Positions 50,591 to 60,963 of a stretch of 64,000 bases of DNA are shown piece after piece. Source of the DNA: an uncultured candidate division Zixibacteria bacterium. Its GTDB lineage: Bacteria; Zixibacteria; MSB-5A5; RBG-16-43-9. The stretch spans positions 1,506,449-1,570,448 of the forward strand of contig OY970208.1 of assembly GCA_963713865.1 (NCBI GenBank), read 5' to 3'. The translations under genes and the position numbers were made by a program. Within the stretch, counting starts at the first letter, position 1. Every line of letters starts with the position of its first letter. The notes below the pieces were generated by a model. The model did not search any database, had not been told where the DNA came from, and saw only the letters and a program-made list of their open reading frames with translations.

Positions 50591-52687
50591 ATGCCGCGTA
50601 TCGAACGAAATCTGGTCTACAGAGGTCTTATCAGGACTGCCATCAAGGATGCTTTTAAAAAATTGCATCCCCGCTCCCAGCTTGGTAATCCGGTTATGTT
50701 CGTGGTATTAGTGGGGGCTGTATTGACGTCTCTGTTTTTCATAACAAAACTTACAGGGGGATATTTCTCAGGATTTGAATTCCAGATCAGCCTCTGGCTC
50801 TGGTTCACGGTTTTATTTGCAAATTTTGCTGAGGCGATGGCTGAAGGTCGTGGTAAAGCCCAGGCAGAAAGCCTTAAAAAAGACCGCAAGCAGATAATGG
50901 CGCGAAAAATCGAAAACGGCAAGGAAATTGAAATACCGGCAACCAGCTTGAAAAAAGACGACTTAGTAGTATGTGAAGCCAATCAGATAATTCCTGCAGA
51001 CGGTGAAGTTGTCGAAGGAATTGCAACGGTGGATGAATCGGCGGTTACCGGTGAGTCGGCTCCAGTCATAAGAGAAAGCGGAGGTGACAGGAGCGCGGTG
51101 ACTGGCGGTACGAGAGTGATAAGCGATCGGATAGTTATAAAGATCACATCCGAACCCGGAAATACATTTATCGATAGAATAATTTCCTTGATCGAAGGTG
51201 CCAAACGGCAGAAGACTCCCAATGAAATCGCACTCGGGATTGTGTTGAGCGGACTTACCATCATCTTCTTGCTGGCAGTTGCCACGTTAAAGTTTTTCGC
51301 TGACTATAGCAGTAATGCTGCCAATCAGGACCTTTCAAATTATGTCACGGTGCCGGTATTAATCGGCTTGCTGGTCTGCCTGATCCCGACGACTATCGGT
51401 GGATTAATCAGCGCTATAGGGATTGCGGGTATCGACAGGCTGGTTCGCAATAACGTCATCTCTAAAAGCGGCCGCTCAGTTGAAGCAGCTGGCGATATCG
51501 ACGTCCTTCTATTAGACAAAACCGGAACGATTACCCTTGGCAACAGAATGGCAACCGGTTTTATCCCCGCTCCTATGATTACAGTACAACATCTGGCTGA
51601 AGTATCCCAGCTTGCCTCATTGTCAGATGAGACTCCTGAGGGAAGGTCGATAGTGGTTCTGGCTAAAGACCAGTATAATCTGAGAGCGCAGACCCTTACC
51701 CCGCGCCAGGCGAGATTTATTAATTTTTCAGCACAAACCAGGATGAGCGGTGTAGAAATATTTGATATCGAAGGGAGCATGATCCTGAATATAAGGAAAG
51801 GGGCACTTGACGCCATCCGGAATTACGTGGAGAAACTGGGAGGTGATTTTCCTGAGGATTTAAGACAAAAGGCAGAAGAGATATCGAATACCGGTGGTAC
51901 TCCCTTAGCGGTTACAGACGGCGCTTTAGTTCTGGGACTGATTCATCTCAAGGACGTCGTGAAAGGGGGGATTAAGGAGCGTTTTGCGGAGCTCAGGAAA
52001 ATAGGAATCAGGACTGTGATGATTACCGGTGATAACCCGTTAACAGCCGCAGCCATCGCGGCTGAGGCAGGGGTAGATGATTTTGTCTCGCAGGCAACAC
52101 CGGAAGTGAAGCTCGAAAGGATACGCCAGGAACAAAGCAATGGGCATCTTGTGGCGATGACTGGTGACGGCACTAATGATGCTCCCGCTCTTGCTCAGGC
52201 TGATGTAGGTGTGGCAATGAATACTGGGACCCAGGCAGCTCGTGAGGCAGGTAACATGGTTGATCTCGACAGCAATCCTACCAAGCTCATCCAGATCGTC
52301 GAGATCGGCAAGCAGCTCCTGATGACCAGAGGAGCGCTGACTACCTTCAGCATTGCTAACGATGTTGCCAAATATTTTGCCATTTTACCGGCTATGTTTG
52401 GTACACTATATGCTTTAGCTGGTATGTCGAATGGACCCCTTGCCTCGCTCAATATAATGAGACTTCATTCACCGCAGAGTGCAATCCTGAGTGCGGTGAT
52501 ATTCAACGCTTTGATAATAATATGTCTGATCCCATTGGCATTGCGTGGTGTGACATTTAAAGCGGAAAAGGCTTCGACGATTTTGCACCGTAACCTTCTG
52601 ATTTACGGTCTGGGAGGATTGATAGCGCCGTTTGCAGGGATCAAGTTAATCGATATCCTGATAGTAGCGGTCAGATTGGCTACTTGA
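50591..52687 (+). CDS. kdpB: K+-transporting P-type ATPase subunit B
   Basis: [10 protein letters not shown] phosphorylation motif and [12 protein letters not shown]. 698 aa. Confidence 0.95.
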   Translation: MPRIERNLVYRGLIRTAIKDAFKKLHPRSQLGNPVMFVVLVGAVLTSLFFITKLTGGYFSGFEFQISLWLWFTVLFANFAEAMAEGRGKAQAESLKKDRKQIMARKIENGKEIEIPATSLKKDDLVVCEANQIIPADGEVVEGIATVDESAVTGESAPVIRESGGDRSAVTGGTRVISDRIVIKITSEPGNTFIDRIISLIEGAKRQKTPNEIALGIVLSGLTIIFLLAVATLKFFADYSSNAANQDLSNYVTVPVLIGLLVCLIPTTIGGLISAIGIAGIDRLVRNNVISKSGRSVEAAGDIDVLLLDKTGTITLGNRMATGFIPAPMITVQHLAEVSQLASLSDETPEGRSIVVLAKDQYNLRAQTLTPRQARFINFSAQTRMSGVEIFDIEGSMILNIRKGALDAIRNYVEKLGGDFPEDLRQKAEEISNTGGTPLAVTDGALVLGLIHLKDVVKGGIKERFAELRKIGIRTVMITGDNPLTAAAIAAEAGVDDFVSQATPEVKLERIRQEQSNGHLVAMTGDGTNDAPALAQADVGVAMNTGTQAAREAGNMVDLDSNPTKLIQIVEIGKQLLMTRGALTTFSIANDVAKYFAILPAMFGTLYALAGMSNGPLASLNIMRLHSPQSAILSAVIFNALIIICLIPLALRGVTFKAEKASTILHRNLLIYGLGGLIAPFAGIKLIDILIVAVRLAT

Positions 52688-52700
52688 CCGGAGGATCACG

Positions 52701-53300
52701 TTGAAAAACTTCTTAATTGCATTAAAACTTATTGTGCTGATGACCCTCATTCTGGGGATACTCTATCCGATTGCCATCACTGGTATTACCCAGGCGATTT
52801 TCCCACACAGAGCTAGTGGCAGCATCTTGGTAAACAATGGTAAAGTGATTGGTTCAGTTCTGATTGGACAGAAATTCGAGAGTGACAGATATTTCTGGCC
52901 TCGTCCATCAGCCATTGATTATAATCCACTGCCCTCAGGCGGAAGCAATTTGGGTCCAACGAGCGCAGAGCTTCAGAAACAGATTGTGTCCCGCCGGACA
53001 ATTCTTCTAAAAACTCATGGTTTAAATGAAAGAGCCATTATTCCTCTGGATCTGCTGTTTGCTTCTGGCAGTGGACTAGATCCACATATCAGTCCGGAAG
53101 CGGCAAGGTTTCAAATAAATCGTATTACTCGAACCAGAGGTTTTGACAAAAATGGTGAAAATGAGCTTCATAAGTTGATCGATAAGTACATTGAGCCAAG
53201 AGATTTCGTAGTATTAGGTGAACCTCGTATAAATGTTCTAAAACTTAATGTTGCTCTGGACTCACTTGGAGCAAAGTTGGGAAAGGATAATGGAAAATAA
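52701..53300 (+). CDS. kdpC: K+-transporting ATPase subunit C
   Basis: 199 aa, N-terminal TM, adjacent to kdpB. Confidence 0.9.
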   Translation: MKNFLIALKLIVLMTLILGILYPIAITGITQAIFPHRASGSILVNNGKVIGSVLIGQKFESDRYFWPRPSAIDYNPLPSGGSNLGPTSAELQKQIVSRRTILLKTHGLNERAIIPLDLLFASGSGLDPHISPEAARFQINRITRTRGFDKNGENELHKLIDKYIEPRDFVVLGEPRINVLKLNVALDSLGAKLGKDNGK

Positions 53301-55269
53301 ACCTGATCCGGATGCGATTTTAGCGGCAATACATAAACAGGAAAATATGGGCCTTGGAGGCCAGCTGCGCATATTTTTCGGCATGGCTGCGGGAGTTGGT
53401 AAGACCTACTCGATGCTTGAAGCAGCACACAAGCGGTTGGAGGAAGGGGCAGACGTTGTAATCGGCATAGTGGAAACACATGGCCGTAAAGAGACCGATG
53501 CCCTGGTCGAAGGACTTCCGTTAATTCCGAGAAAAAAGGTTGAATATAGGGGGTCGATTTTCGAGGAGATGGATCTGGATGCCATCCTTACCCGTAAACC
53601 CGCCATCGTTCTGGTGGATGAACTCGCCCATACAAATATTCCAGGCTCCCGGCATCCCAAGAGATGGCAAGATGTTCTTGAAATACTCGATGCAGGAATT
53701 GGCGTTTATACTACTCTTAACGTCCAGCATTTAGAAAGCCGCAAGGAAAGTGTTGAAAGCATAACCGGAATCACCATCCGGGAAGCTGTCCCGGATTCTG
53801 TTCTGGATCGTGCTTCAAACATTGAGTTAGTTGACCTGACACCGGAGGACCTTCTTCAGCGTCTCAAAGAAGGTAAAGTCTATCTGGGTGAAAATGCACA
53901 ACTTGCCTTAGAGCATTTCTTTAAAATAGGCAGGCTGACTGCTCTTCGAGAAATTGCACTTCGATTCACTGCCGAAAAAGTTGACAGCGAATTGCAGTGG
54001 CGAACCTCTGCAGAAGACCAGTCTTCTCACTGGAAAGCGACAGAACGTTTTATGGTAGCGGTAAGCCACAGCCCGACTTCCGAAGGATTAATTCGCGCCA
54101 CAAGAAGGCTGGCTTTTGGCCTGGGTGCTCCCTGGATAGGAGTCAACGTCGACACTGGAGAGATTTTGAACACTGAAGATCGGTCCAGACTTTCGAAAAG
54201 TTTATCTCTGGTCAGGGAACTTGGGGGAGAGGTGGTGACCACTGCTGATACTGATATCGCCTCCGCATTGATCCGGGTTGCTAATCAAAGAAAAGTTACT
54301 CAGATGGTTTTCGGCAGACCAGCCCGCCTATGGTTGAGGGATATATTTAGCGGTGGGACCTTATTGGATCGGCTCGTCAGGGAAAGCGGGGCTTATGACA
54401 TCCTGGTATTGCGACCCGAAAAGAGCGAACAGACCAAAAGAACCAAAAGTCGCAGACAAGCCTTTGCGTCTGGACTTTCATCTTATTGGTACATACTGTG
54501 GGTCATAGCCACGTTAGCTTTAATTAATAGATTATTTCTTCCCTTCCTGGGTTACCGGGCAGTAGGTTTTGTTTTTTTGCTTGGTATCTTAATAATCAGC
54601 CTTTTTACATCGTTTGGACCGATATTATTCGCTGCAATTATCAGCGCATTGGTATGGAATCTTTTTTTTATACCACCGGTTGGCACTTTCGCCATAAAGG
54701 AGCCGGAAGATGTCTTAATGTGTGCAGTATTCCTGGTAGTAGCGATTATAACCGGAGCTCTTACCCACGGAATTCGAAAAAGAGAAAAGATGCTCCGATT
54801 CCGTGAAAAGCATACAAAGACTCTGTATGATATTGTTGAAGTGCTGGTGTCATCCAGCGATCTGGAGGGTTGTATAGATTCGGTTACTAAACGGCTGGCA
54901 ACTATTTTCGATGGTGATTTTGTGATTTTGATAGGGGATTCCAATGGGCAATTGGAGTTAAAATCCCGTTACCCTGGTATCGCCATTCTTAGCAAAGAAG
55001 AATTCGCAGTAGCAAAATACTGTTTCGATAATAGAAAGACAGCGGGTTGGTCAACTGATACTTTGCCATCAGCTGAATTTCTTTACATACCATTAGTGGG
55101 CTCCGCTGAAACAGTTGGTGTACTCGCTTACCATCCAAAGATAAAAAAGAAACTTTTGCAGGAAGAAGAGAATTTGTTGATGGCTGTTGGCAAGCAGCTT
55201 GCCATTGCTATTGAAAGAGAGATCCTACGCCAGCGTTCTCTCGATGAAAAACATTTCAAGCATTCTTGA
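53290..55269 (+). CDS. kdpD: KdpD N-terminal sensor domain protein (KdpD-N + USP + 4 TM + GAF-like), lacking the histidine-kinase core
   Basis: FFGMAAGVGKTYSMLEAAHKRLEEGADVVIGIVETHGR is the KdpD N-terminal P-loop. The protein ends after the GAF-like region with no H-box or ATPase domain. Start taken at ATG 53290. Confidence 0.8.
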   Translation: MENKPDPDAILAAIHKQENMGLGGQLRIFFGMAAGVGKTYSMLEAAHKRLEEGADVVIGIVETHGRKETDALVEGLPLIPRKKVEYRGSIFEEMDLDAILTRKPAIVLVDELAHTNIPGSRHPKRWQDVLEILDAGIGVYTTLNVQHLESRKESVESITGITIREAVPDSVLDRASNIELVDLTPEDLLQRLKEGKVYLGENAQLALEHFFKIGRLTALREIALRFTAEKVDSELQWRTSAEDQSSHWKATERFMVAVSHSPTSEGLIRATRRLAFGLGAPWIGVNVDTGEILNTEDRSRLSKSLSLVRELGGEVVTTADTDIASALIRVANQRKVTQMVFGRPARLWLRDIFSGGTLLDRLVRESGAYDILVLRPEKSEQTKRTKSRRQAFASGLSSYWYILWVIATLALINRLFLPFLGYRAVGFVFLLGILIISLFTSFGPILFAAIISALVWNLFFIPPVGTFAIKEPEDVLMCAVFLVVAIITGALTHGIRKREKMLRFREKHTKTLYDIVEVLVSSSDLEGCIDSVTKRLATIFDGDFVILIGDSNGQLELKSRYPGIAILSKEEFAVAKYCFDNRKTAGWSTDTLPSAEFLYIPLVGSAETVGVLAYHPKIKKKLLQEEENLLMAVGKQLAIAIEREILRQRSLDEKHFKHS

Positions 55270-55345
55270 GCGGATATCTTCTCGTAATAATAAGAAGGAC
55301 ATTCATTTTCTCCCGACATAATAGTCGGGCATTACGAAGACCAAA

Positions 55346-56098
55346 TTAAAGCGGGGTAAAGAGGGGCGTGATGTCCTGTAAAAAATGAGCAGTGATGCAA
55401 GGCGTAAGGCTTTTTCTCCAGAGGAAGAGCAAAGAGAAAGCCACCCCATATATTCCCGCAAATAACATTCCGACTAATCCCTGATAGAGATGTCCCAGGC
55501 TGAAAGATAAAGAGGTGATCAAAATTGTAAGCCACCAGCTTTTCAAATAGAAATTCAGGCGGGTAAGGATAAATCCTCTGAAAGCGCTTTCCTCACTTAA
55601 ACTGGCACTTGAAGCCATAATTACCCAGAGAATTTTCTGAGTTTGGGTGCGAGGTAAAAGATAGGATACCTCAGGAGGCGTAACAAGCTTATTGAGTTGT
55701 AGAATAAGACTCAAAGCTATAAAGAAAGAACTTATTGCTAACCAGAAGATAACACCAATTATTAAATTGCTGAAGTTGAACTCTCTAAGTCCTATACTTG
55801 AAAGATTCTCTTTCTCTCTCAGAACGATCAGAAAGATTAGTAAAAATACCAAGAGTTGAATTAAAATAGTAGGGATATAGATTTGAGTAGTAACCTTTAA
55901 CTCATTTTCACCTGCAGCAGATAACCCTGATACTTGTCTCGATTCGGACATAAGAAGATAAGAAGAAAGGGGCCATATAACCAGGAGAAAGAAAAGCAGA
56001 AAGATTGTTCCTATCCGGCCGTGCCGGTTTTCATCAGGTTTAGAGATTTTGCTCAGGTCATAATCTTTCTTTTGTCCGGGAGAGGGGATTTGCTCCAT
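55346..56098 (-). CDS. CPBP-family intramembrane metalloprotease (CAAX protease / Abi)
   Basis: EESAFRGFILTRL and FSLGHLYQG motifs. Confidence 0.75.
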   Translation of the reverse strand: MEQIPSPGQKKDYDLSKISKPDENRHGRIGTIFLLFFLLVIWPLSSYLLMSESRQVSGLSAAGENELKVTTQIYIPTILIQLLVFLLIFLIVLREKENLSSIGLREFNFSNLIIGVIFWLAISSFFIALSLILQLNKLVTPPEVSYLLPRTQTQKILWVIMASSASLSEESAFRGFILTRLNFYLKSWWLTILITSLSFSLGHLYQGLVGMLFAGIYGVAFSLLFLWRKSLTPCITAHFLQDITPLFTPL

Positions 56099-56362
56099 TT
56101 AGTCGTTCTTTGGCTCTTCTCTACGAGCCACAAAGCTTTCATCGGCAGGTTGAGAAGGAGTTTGAGTTGAGCCTTTTTCTTTTCCCCCTATTCCTAAAAG
56201 AAAAGCTAATCCCACTATTATCAGGATCAAAGGCCAGGTTTTGCCCAGTGAGGGAATAATACCCCAGTTGCTCAGAAGAAAAAGTATTCCCAAGCCTAAA
56301 AGGATTGTACCTACAAAGGTTTTGCCAGAACCCCATTCTTTGCTCGAAGAAGATTTTTCCAT
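56099..56362 (-). CDS. small membrane protein (2 TM), co-oriented with the CPBP protease
   Basis: Internal ATG with AAAGGAGTG RBS 5 nt upstream. LLGLGILFLLSNWGIIP...WPLILIIVGLAFLL. Confidence 0.5.
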   Translation of the reverse strand: MEKSSSSKEWGSGKTFVGTILLGLGILFLLSNWGIIPSLGKTWPLILIIVGLAFLLGIGGKEKGSTQTPSQPADESFVARREEPKND

Positions 56363-56627
56363 TTTCACTCCTTTTAGAAAAGATGATCTTAAAAACTTCA
56401 GTAATATAAAGCTCAAAAGCTAACTGAGCAACAGGTTTTTTAATCGGTAGGGACGCACAGCTATGCGTCTCTACCTTTAATCGAGATGTTACTCAAATCA
56501 GGTAGGTCAATTAGCGACTTAAATGCGAAAGCGAAGCGAATAGGATGTGATTGCTTTTCAATCTGTCCTTTAAGATTTTTGGTACAAATTAAAAGTGACT
56601 TCAAAAAAGATTTGGAGAATTTTTATA

Positions 56628-57257
56628 ATGCGGAACAATTCTGAACATAAAGCAGATACAAACCTAACAGCTCGAAGAGATAAGCGAAGAAAAGACCATT
56701 TTGTAGACTACTATACCTGCTCTCTAGGATACGGCAGGAAAAAAAGAAAAAGGATTAGAAGCTTAAACTGGGTCAGCGGGAAAGAGGAGCCGGAGTTTGC
56801 TTTAAGGGGATCTGAGCTTATTCAGAAAAAAAAGGATGAAGAATCAGGTGTGGAATTAGAGGAAATTGTGGCTAAAGCCTTAGACAAGCTGGATAGTTTT
56901 GAAAGGGAGTTTATTCGATATTTTTATTACGATTGTTTGAGTTATAGCCAGATTTCTCAACTCCTGGACAAAACCAAAGACCGCTTAGAAAGGATTCACC
57001 GCTCTGCCCTGGAAAAATTAAGATCCGGTTTGAAGGATTACGTCTCAAAACGTTACAAGCTCAAAATCTCCCAGGAAAAAAGGTGTTTGATCTGTTCTCA
57101 TCCATTAAGAAATGAATTAGATGATCTGATAAGAACCAAAAAGAAAGAGGAGACCTGGAAAAAGGTTTTGCGAATTTTCAGAGAGAAATTTAATCTGGAG
57201 ATTAAAACCCCGCAGATATTGATCAATCATCAGAGAAAACATATGTTCGAGTTGTAA
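56628..57257 (+). CDS. sigma-70 region-4-like HTH protein with a C-terminal CxxC...HxxxH segment
   Basis: REFIRYFYYDCLSYSQISQLLDKTKDRLERIHRSALEKLR resembles sigma region 4. No region 2 detected. Confidence 0.5.
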   Translation: MRNNSEHKADTNLTARRDKRRKDHFVDYYTCSLGYGRKKRKRIRSLNWVSGKEEPEFALRGSELIQKKKDEESGVELEEIVAKALDKLDSFEREFIRYFYYDCLSYSQISQLLDKTKDRLERIHRSALEKLRSGLKDYVSKRYKLKISQEKRCLICSHPLRNELDDLIRTKKKEETWKKVLRIFREKFNLEIKTPQILINHQRKHMFEL

Positions 57258-57348
57258 ATTTTAAAAATATTCATTTCTTTTCCCTGCCAGAGGCGGGGAA
57301 AATCCGCGAAAAGGATCAGCAGGAAAATAAAAACCAAAAGGAGAAGTT

Positions 57349-57639
57349 GTGGAAAACGTATCAACGAAGTTAGAAACCGGTAAAAAGATTACGACCTGTA
57401 AGGGAGAACACTGTATCAATATCTTCATCTCCTATGAGCTAAAAGAGAAGATCAGCCAGTTAGCTAAAAGGTATGACCGGACTATGGCGGATGTGGTCAG
57501 GACCTTAATTAAAATCGGCATTCCCATACTGGAAAGCCTGACCGAGGCAGAGGAGAAAATGCTGGTAGATTATATCCAGGTCTTGAGGAGATGGAGAAAG
57601 GTAAGGGAACTGAAATCGAATGAGGAAAGGCTAACTTAA
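57349..57639 (+). CDS. ribbon-helix-helix (CopG/Arc-like) small DNA-binding protein
   Basis: INIFISYELKEKISQLAKRYDRTMADVVRTLIKIGI fits a beta-strand followed by helix-turn-helix, as in RHH proteins. Confidence 0.4.
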   Translation: MENVSTKLETGKKITTCKGEHCINIFISYELKEKISQLAKRYDRTMADVVRTLIKIGIPILESLTEAEEKMLVDYIQVLRRWRKVRELKSNEERLT

Positions 57640-57667
57640 AATTATTTTTAAACAGCAAAAATAAAAA

Positions 57668-57695
57668 TCCGGGCTTAATTTTTGAGACCCGGATT
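57668..57695. terminator. bidirectional hairpin atccggg-N14-cccggat between convergent genes
   Basis: Inverted repeat flanked by A/T runs on both sides. Confidence 0.55.
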
Positions 57696-57716
57696 TTAAA
57701 GTAGCTTCAGGTCTTA

Positions 57717-59567
57717 CTAATAGTTGTTCGGATACTTATAGCAGATCAGCGGCTTGGGTCCACCTTTAAAAAGATAATTAATTAACCATACCACGTCTCC
57801 TATAGAGGGTTTCCCATCACAATTCGCATCTGCCATCTCCATAACTGGAACAGGCGCTGAACCACCTTGCATTAGATAAGCTATCAAATAAGTTACATCT
57901 GAGACAGTAATGGATTTGTCATTATTCACATCCCCACGACTGATAGCCAAAAGCGCCCTGAAAGCATTTAATCTATATATGTACTCTTGAGGACCTATTT
58001 TCTTAATAACTTCAGCTGAATTTTCAATTATTTCCTTCACCTGATAGCCATATAAAAGAGTGGTCGGATAAAGACGCCACCATTGGGCTTTTATTAAAGC
58101 CGCAGTTGCCGCCACCTGAGGACAGGCCGCTGAAGTTCCGTTAAATATGGCTGTATAGTTCACATTCGCGGGTCCTGGGTAAGTAGGGTTGTAGCCTCTT
58201 TCTCCCATAAGATCCATCGTCCAGATACCCCCCATTTTTCCACTGGGTGCTACAAGGTCTAAAGCTTCTCCCATATTACTGTAATCCCAGATTCCGTCCA
58301 CGCTGTCAGAAGCACCTACCGCTATAACCGAATCCAAATAAGCTGGAAAATCCACACAATTCTTACCGCCGTTGCCAGATGCAAATACCACTACACCACC
58401 TTCAGGGTTAGACGGTTTTGGACGGACAAAGCGATTAATTGCCTGAGCTAAAACATCATAGTATAAGTCGCAATCTCCATAGCCCCAGCTATTGCTTGCA
58501 ATTCTTGCCCCGAGTGCAGAAGCCCAATCAAAGGCTTCAGCCAATTCCCAGGGCATTAATGGGCTAAAAATACAATTACTATCAGCAAAGATCTTGATTG
58601 GCACTATCTGGCAAAGGGGAGCTAAGCCGGATATGCCCAAGAGATTATTCTGAGTAGCAGAAATCAAACTGGCACAAGCCTCACCGTGTGCACACTCAGG
58701 GTAAGGTCCCGGTGTAGGGTCCCAATCTGGTATGGAGGGATAAACATCAGCACCCACAAGATCATAACCTTGGGCTAAAGCACCTATATCTTCGTGCGCC
58801 TCAACCCCTACATCTATTACTGCAATTTTTAAATCTGGGTTACCTTTGCATATCTCCCAGGCTAAAGAAGCATCGATATCCGCATCAACTTCTCCTCCAC
58901 TCTGACCTGTGTTTTCGTAGTTCCATTGATACTGGTAAAAGGAATCATCAGGAATGTAGGAGTATATTACTATTTCTGCAAGAAAATCCGCATGGGAATA
59001 CTCAGTGGATGTATCCTCATAGTACTGGTTGGCAGTTACCAGAGCATCCTTATCAATAGCACCGGTAAGCTTCAAAAGAAAGAGATTAGGAACATCTGGG
59101 ATGGAGTCAATTATTACAGCACTATGTTGAGCGTTCAAACTGTCAATATATGAGCGAGAAATCTCAGGATGAAATTGAGCTACAAACCGGTCAGTTACTA
59201 TCATCTCTAAGGAATCTGGACTCAGATAAACCGGATTTGCCATCTCTACCTCTTCCCGCTCTCTCAGCCTCTGGATTAGAGCTTCAACATCACTGCCCGG
59301 CAGAACATACAGCACCATAAACTCTTCCCGTGTAGGTTCAGGCTCTCTATTAGGATCGAGGGCACTTTCAGACAAGATGAAATTATTGATATTCGAGGGA
59401 GTCACCCCAGGAATAAATCTAACAGTAACTTTTTCCCCGGAAAGCAAAAGCGGTCTTTGTATCCCGCCGCCATAGTAATAATAACTGCTCTGGGCAAAAG
59501 CAGAAGAGCATATAAAAATACCCACTATCAAACACCCTATTGTTAAGAAAATTTTGAGCGAGAACAT
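57717..59567 (-). CDS. secreted subtilisin-like S8 serine peptidase with C-terminal dockerin-type repeats
   Basis: Signal peptide. S8 triad motifs (AVIDVGV, ECAHGEA, GTSAACPQVA). C-terminal GDVNNDKSITVSDVTYLIAYL and DANCDGKPSIGDVVWLINYLFKGGPKP. Confidence 0.8.
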   Translation of the reverse strand: MFSLKIFLTIGCLIVGIFICSSAFAQSSYYYYGGGIQRPLLLSGEKVTVRFIPGVTPSNINNFILSESALDPNREPEPTREEFMVLYVLPGSDVEALIQRLREREEVEMANPVYLSPDSLEMIVTDRFVAQFHPEISRSYIDSLNAQHSAVIIDSIPDVPNLFLLKLTGAIDKDALVTANQYYEDTSTEYSHADFLAEIVIYSYIPDDSFYQYQWNYENTGQSGGEVDADIDASLAWEICKGNPDLKIAVIDVGVEAHEDIGALAQGYDLVGADVYPSIPDWDPTPGPYPECAHGEACASLISATQNNLLGISGLAPLCQIVPIKIFADSNCIFSPLMPWELAEAFDWASALGARIASNSWGYGDCDLYYDVLAQAINRFVRPKPSNPEGGVVVFASGNGGKNCVDFPAYLDSVIAVGASDSVDGIWDYSNMGEALDLVAPSGKMGGIWTMDLMGERGYNPTYPGPANVNYTAIFNGTSAACPQVAATAALIKAQWWRLYPTTLLYGYQVKEIIENSAEVIKKIGPQEYIYRLNAFRALLAISRGDVNNDKSITVSDVTYLIAYLMQGGSAPVPVMEMADANCDGKPSIGDVVWLINYLFKGGPKPLICYKYPNNY

Positions 59568-59602
59568 CTTACACCTCCTTTAAAATGTTGAAGTTTTAGC
59601 TT

Positions 59603-60721
59603 TCATAAAGCCATATAAACAAGTGCAAAGTTTCTATATCTTGGAATAATCATTGATTTAAGTGGCTCATTTCTTATCAGGTCTATAACTAAAATCCGGT
59701 CAGAACACATACTCAGGTAAGCTTTCTCTCCATTCGGGGTTATCTCTATGTAATAAGCGTTAATTGGGGGCTCACATAAGGAGTCAGATAGTGGGTTTAA
59801 GTCGATGCCGGGCAAAGGAGTATTGGTTTCAGTATCAAAAACACCCAGCTTACCGCTTGGTGGGGGTTCAAATGTAATACAAGGACCTGCGCCGCCATTG
59901 TCTGTTATATAAACTCTGCTCCCATCCGGCTTAATAGCTAACTGCCCACTACCGTTTATATTCAGCTGAACTAATAGACTATCACGGGTTAAATCGTAAG
60001 CTAAGAAATAAATATAATCATAGTAGGCCAAAAGATAGATGGTATTCCCATCGGGTGAGATAACAGCATCAGTTAATTGCGGTGCCCATCCATTTCTCAA
60101 ATAGATCTTAAAGGAACGAACCCAGCGCTTGGTCTGGTAATTGAATACCTTTATCTCATTCGGGACTCCCCTAACGCCACCGTAAAGTAATGGAGATTTT
60201 TTATTAAAACAAAATGGTTTAAATATAAATGTAGTAGTCTCTGCATATATCAACTGATGGGAACAAGCATTGAAAATTCTCAACTCTAGTGTATACGGCA
60301 CAAATATATATCTGCCGTCTGGTGAGACAATTGTGCTGCTATTCTCTCCAAAATATTTTACACCTTTGGTGCGGGTGTCTACCTCATAATAGGTTCGAGT
60401 ACCACTATGGGTGAGGGTATCAAAAAGGGCAACCCTTACATACAGGGTTCTTTTATCTGGTGATAATGCCAATTCTTCTGGCCACCTATAGGGACCAAGG
60501 GAGATTGAATCAACCAGTGAATCTGTTTCGGTTGAGAAGACGTAGATCAATTGTTCTGGCTCAGTACCACCTATATTACTTGAATATAAATAATATTCCC
60601 TTCTATACTCATACCTGGTAGAATTTTTGGTGCAGTTAGAATAGAAAATAAAAACAGATAGAACTATCAGGATGATAATTCCCCATCCTGCAGATCCGAA
60701 GGAAAAGATTTTTCTTTTCAT
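59603..60721 (-). CDS. secreted or lipid-anchored beta-propeller-like repeat protein (hypothetical)
   Basis: N-terminal hydrophobic segment with Cys. Repeated SPDG/KPDG...Y motifs. Confidence 0.4.
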   Translation of the reverse strand: MKRKIFSFGSAGWGIIILIVLSVFIFYSNCTKNSTRYEYRREYYLYSSNIGGTEPEQLIYVFSTETDSLVDSISLGPYRWPEELALSPDKRTLYVRVALFDTLTHSGTRTYYEVDTRTKGVKYFGENSSTIVSPDGRYIFVPYTLELRIFNACSHQLIYAETTTFIFKPFCFNKKSPLLYGGVRGVPNEIKVFNYQTKRWVRSFKIYLRNGWAPQLTDAVISPDGNTIYLLAYYDYIYFLAYDLTRDSLLVQLNINGSGQLAIKPDGSRVYITDNGGAGPCITFEPPPSGKLGVFDTETNTPLPGIDLNPLSDSLCEPPINAYYIEITPNGEKAYLSMCSDRILVIDLIRNEPLKSMIIPRYRNFALVYMAL

Positions 60722-60963
60722 TTTGACCCCTTTAATTAGTAGGTTATTTTTACTCCCGACCTAAGGGATATTCTTATCTCAAATCAACTGGAATCTGATT
60801 ATAAAATAGATTACTTTAATAACTTTGTCAAGTACTTTTTTGAAAGATATTATTTAATTTTGAATGTTCAGTATGAGTTACCTTCTTATACAAAATAAAG
60901 CACTCAAGTGGTAACGCCTGATTGCATGCAACAGGGATTCTCCAGATATGATTTTCTGATAGG

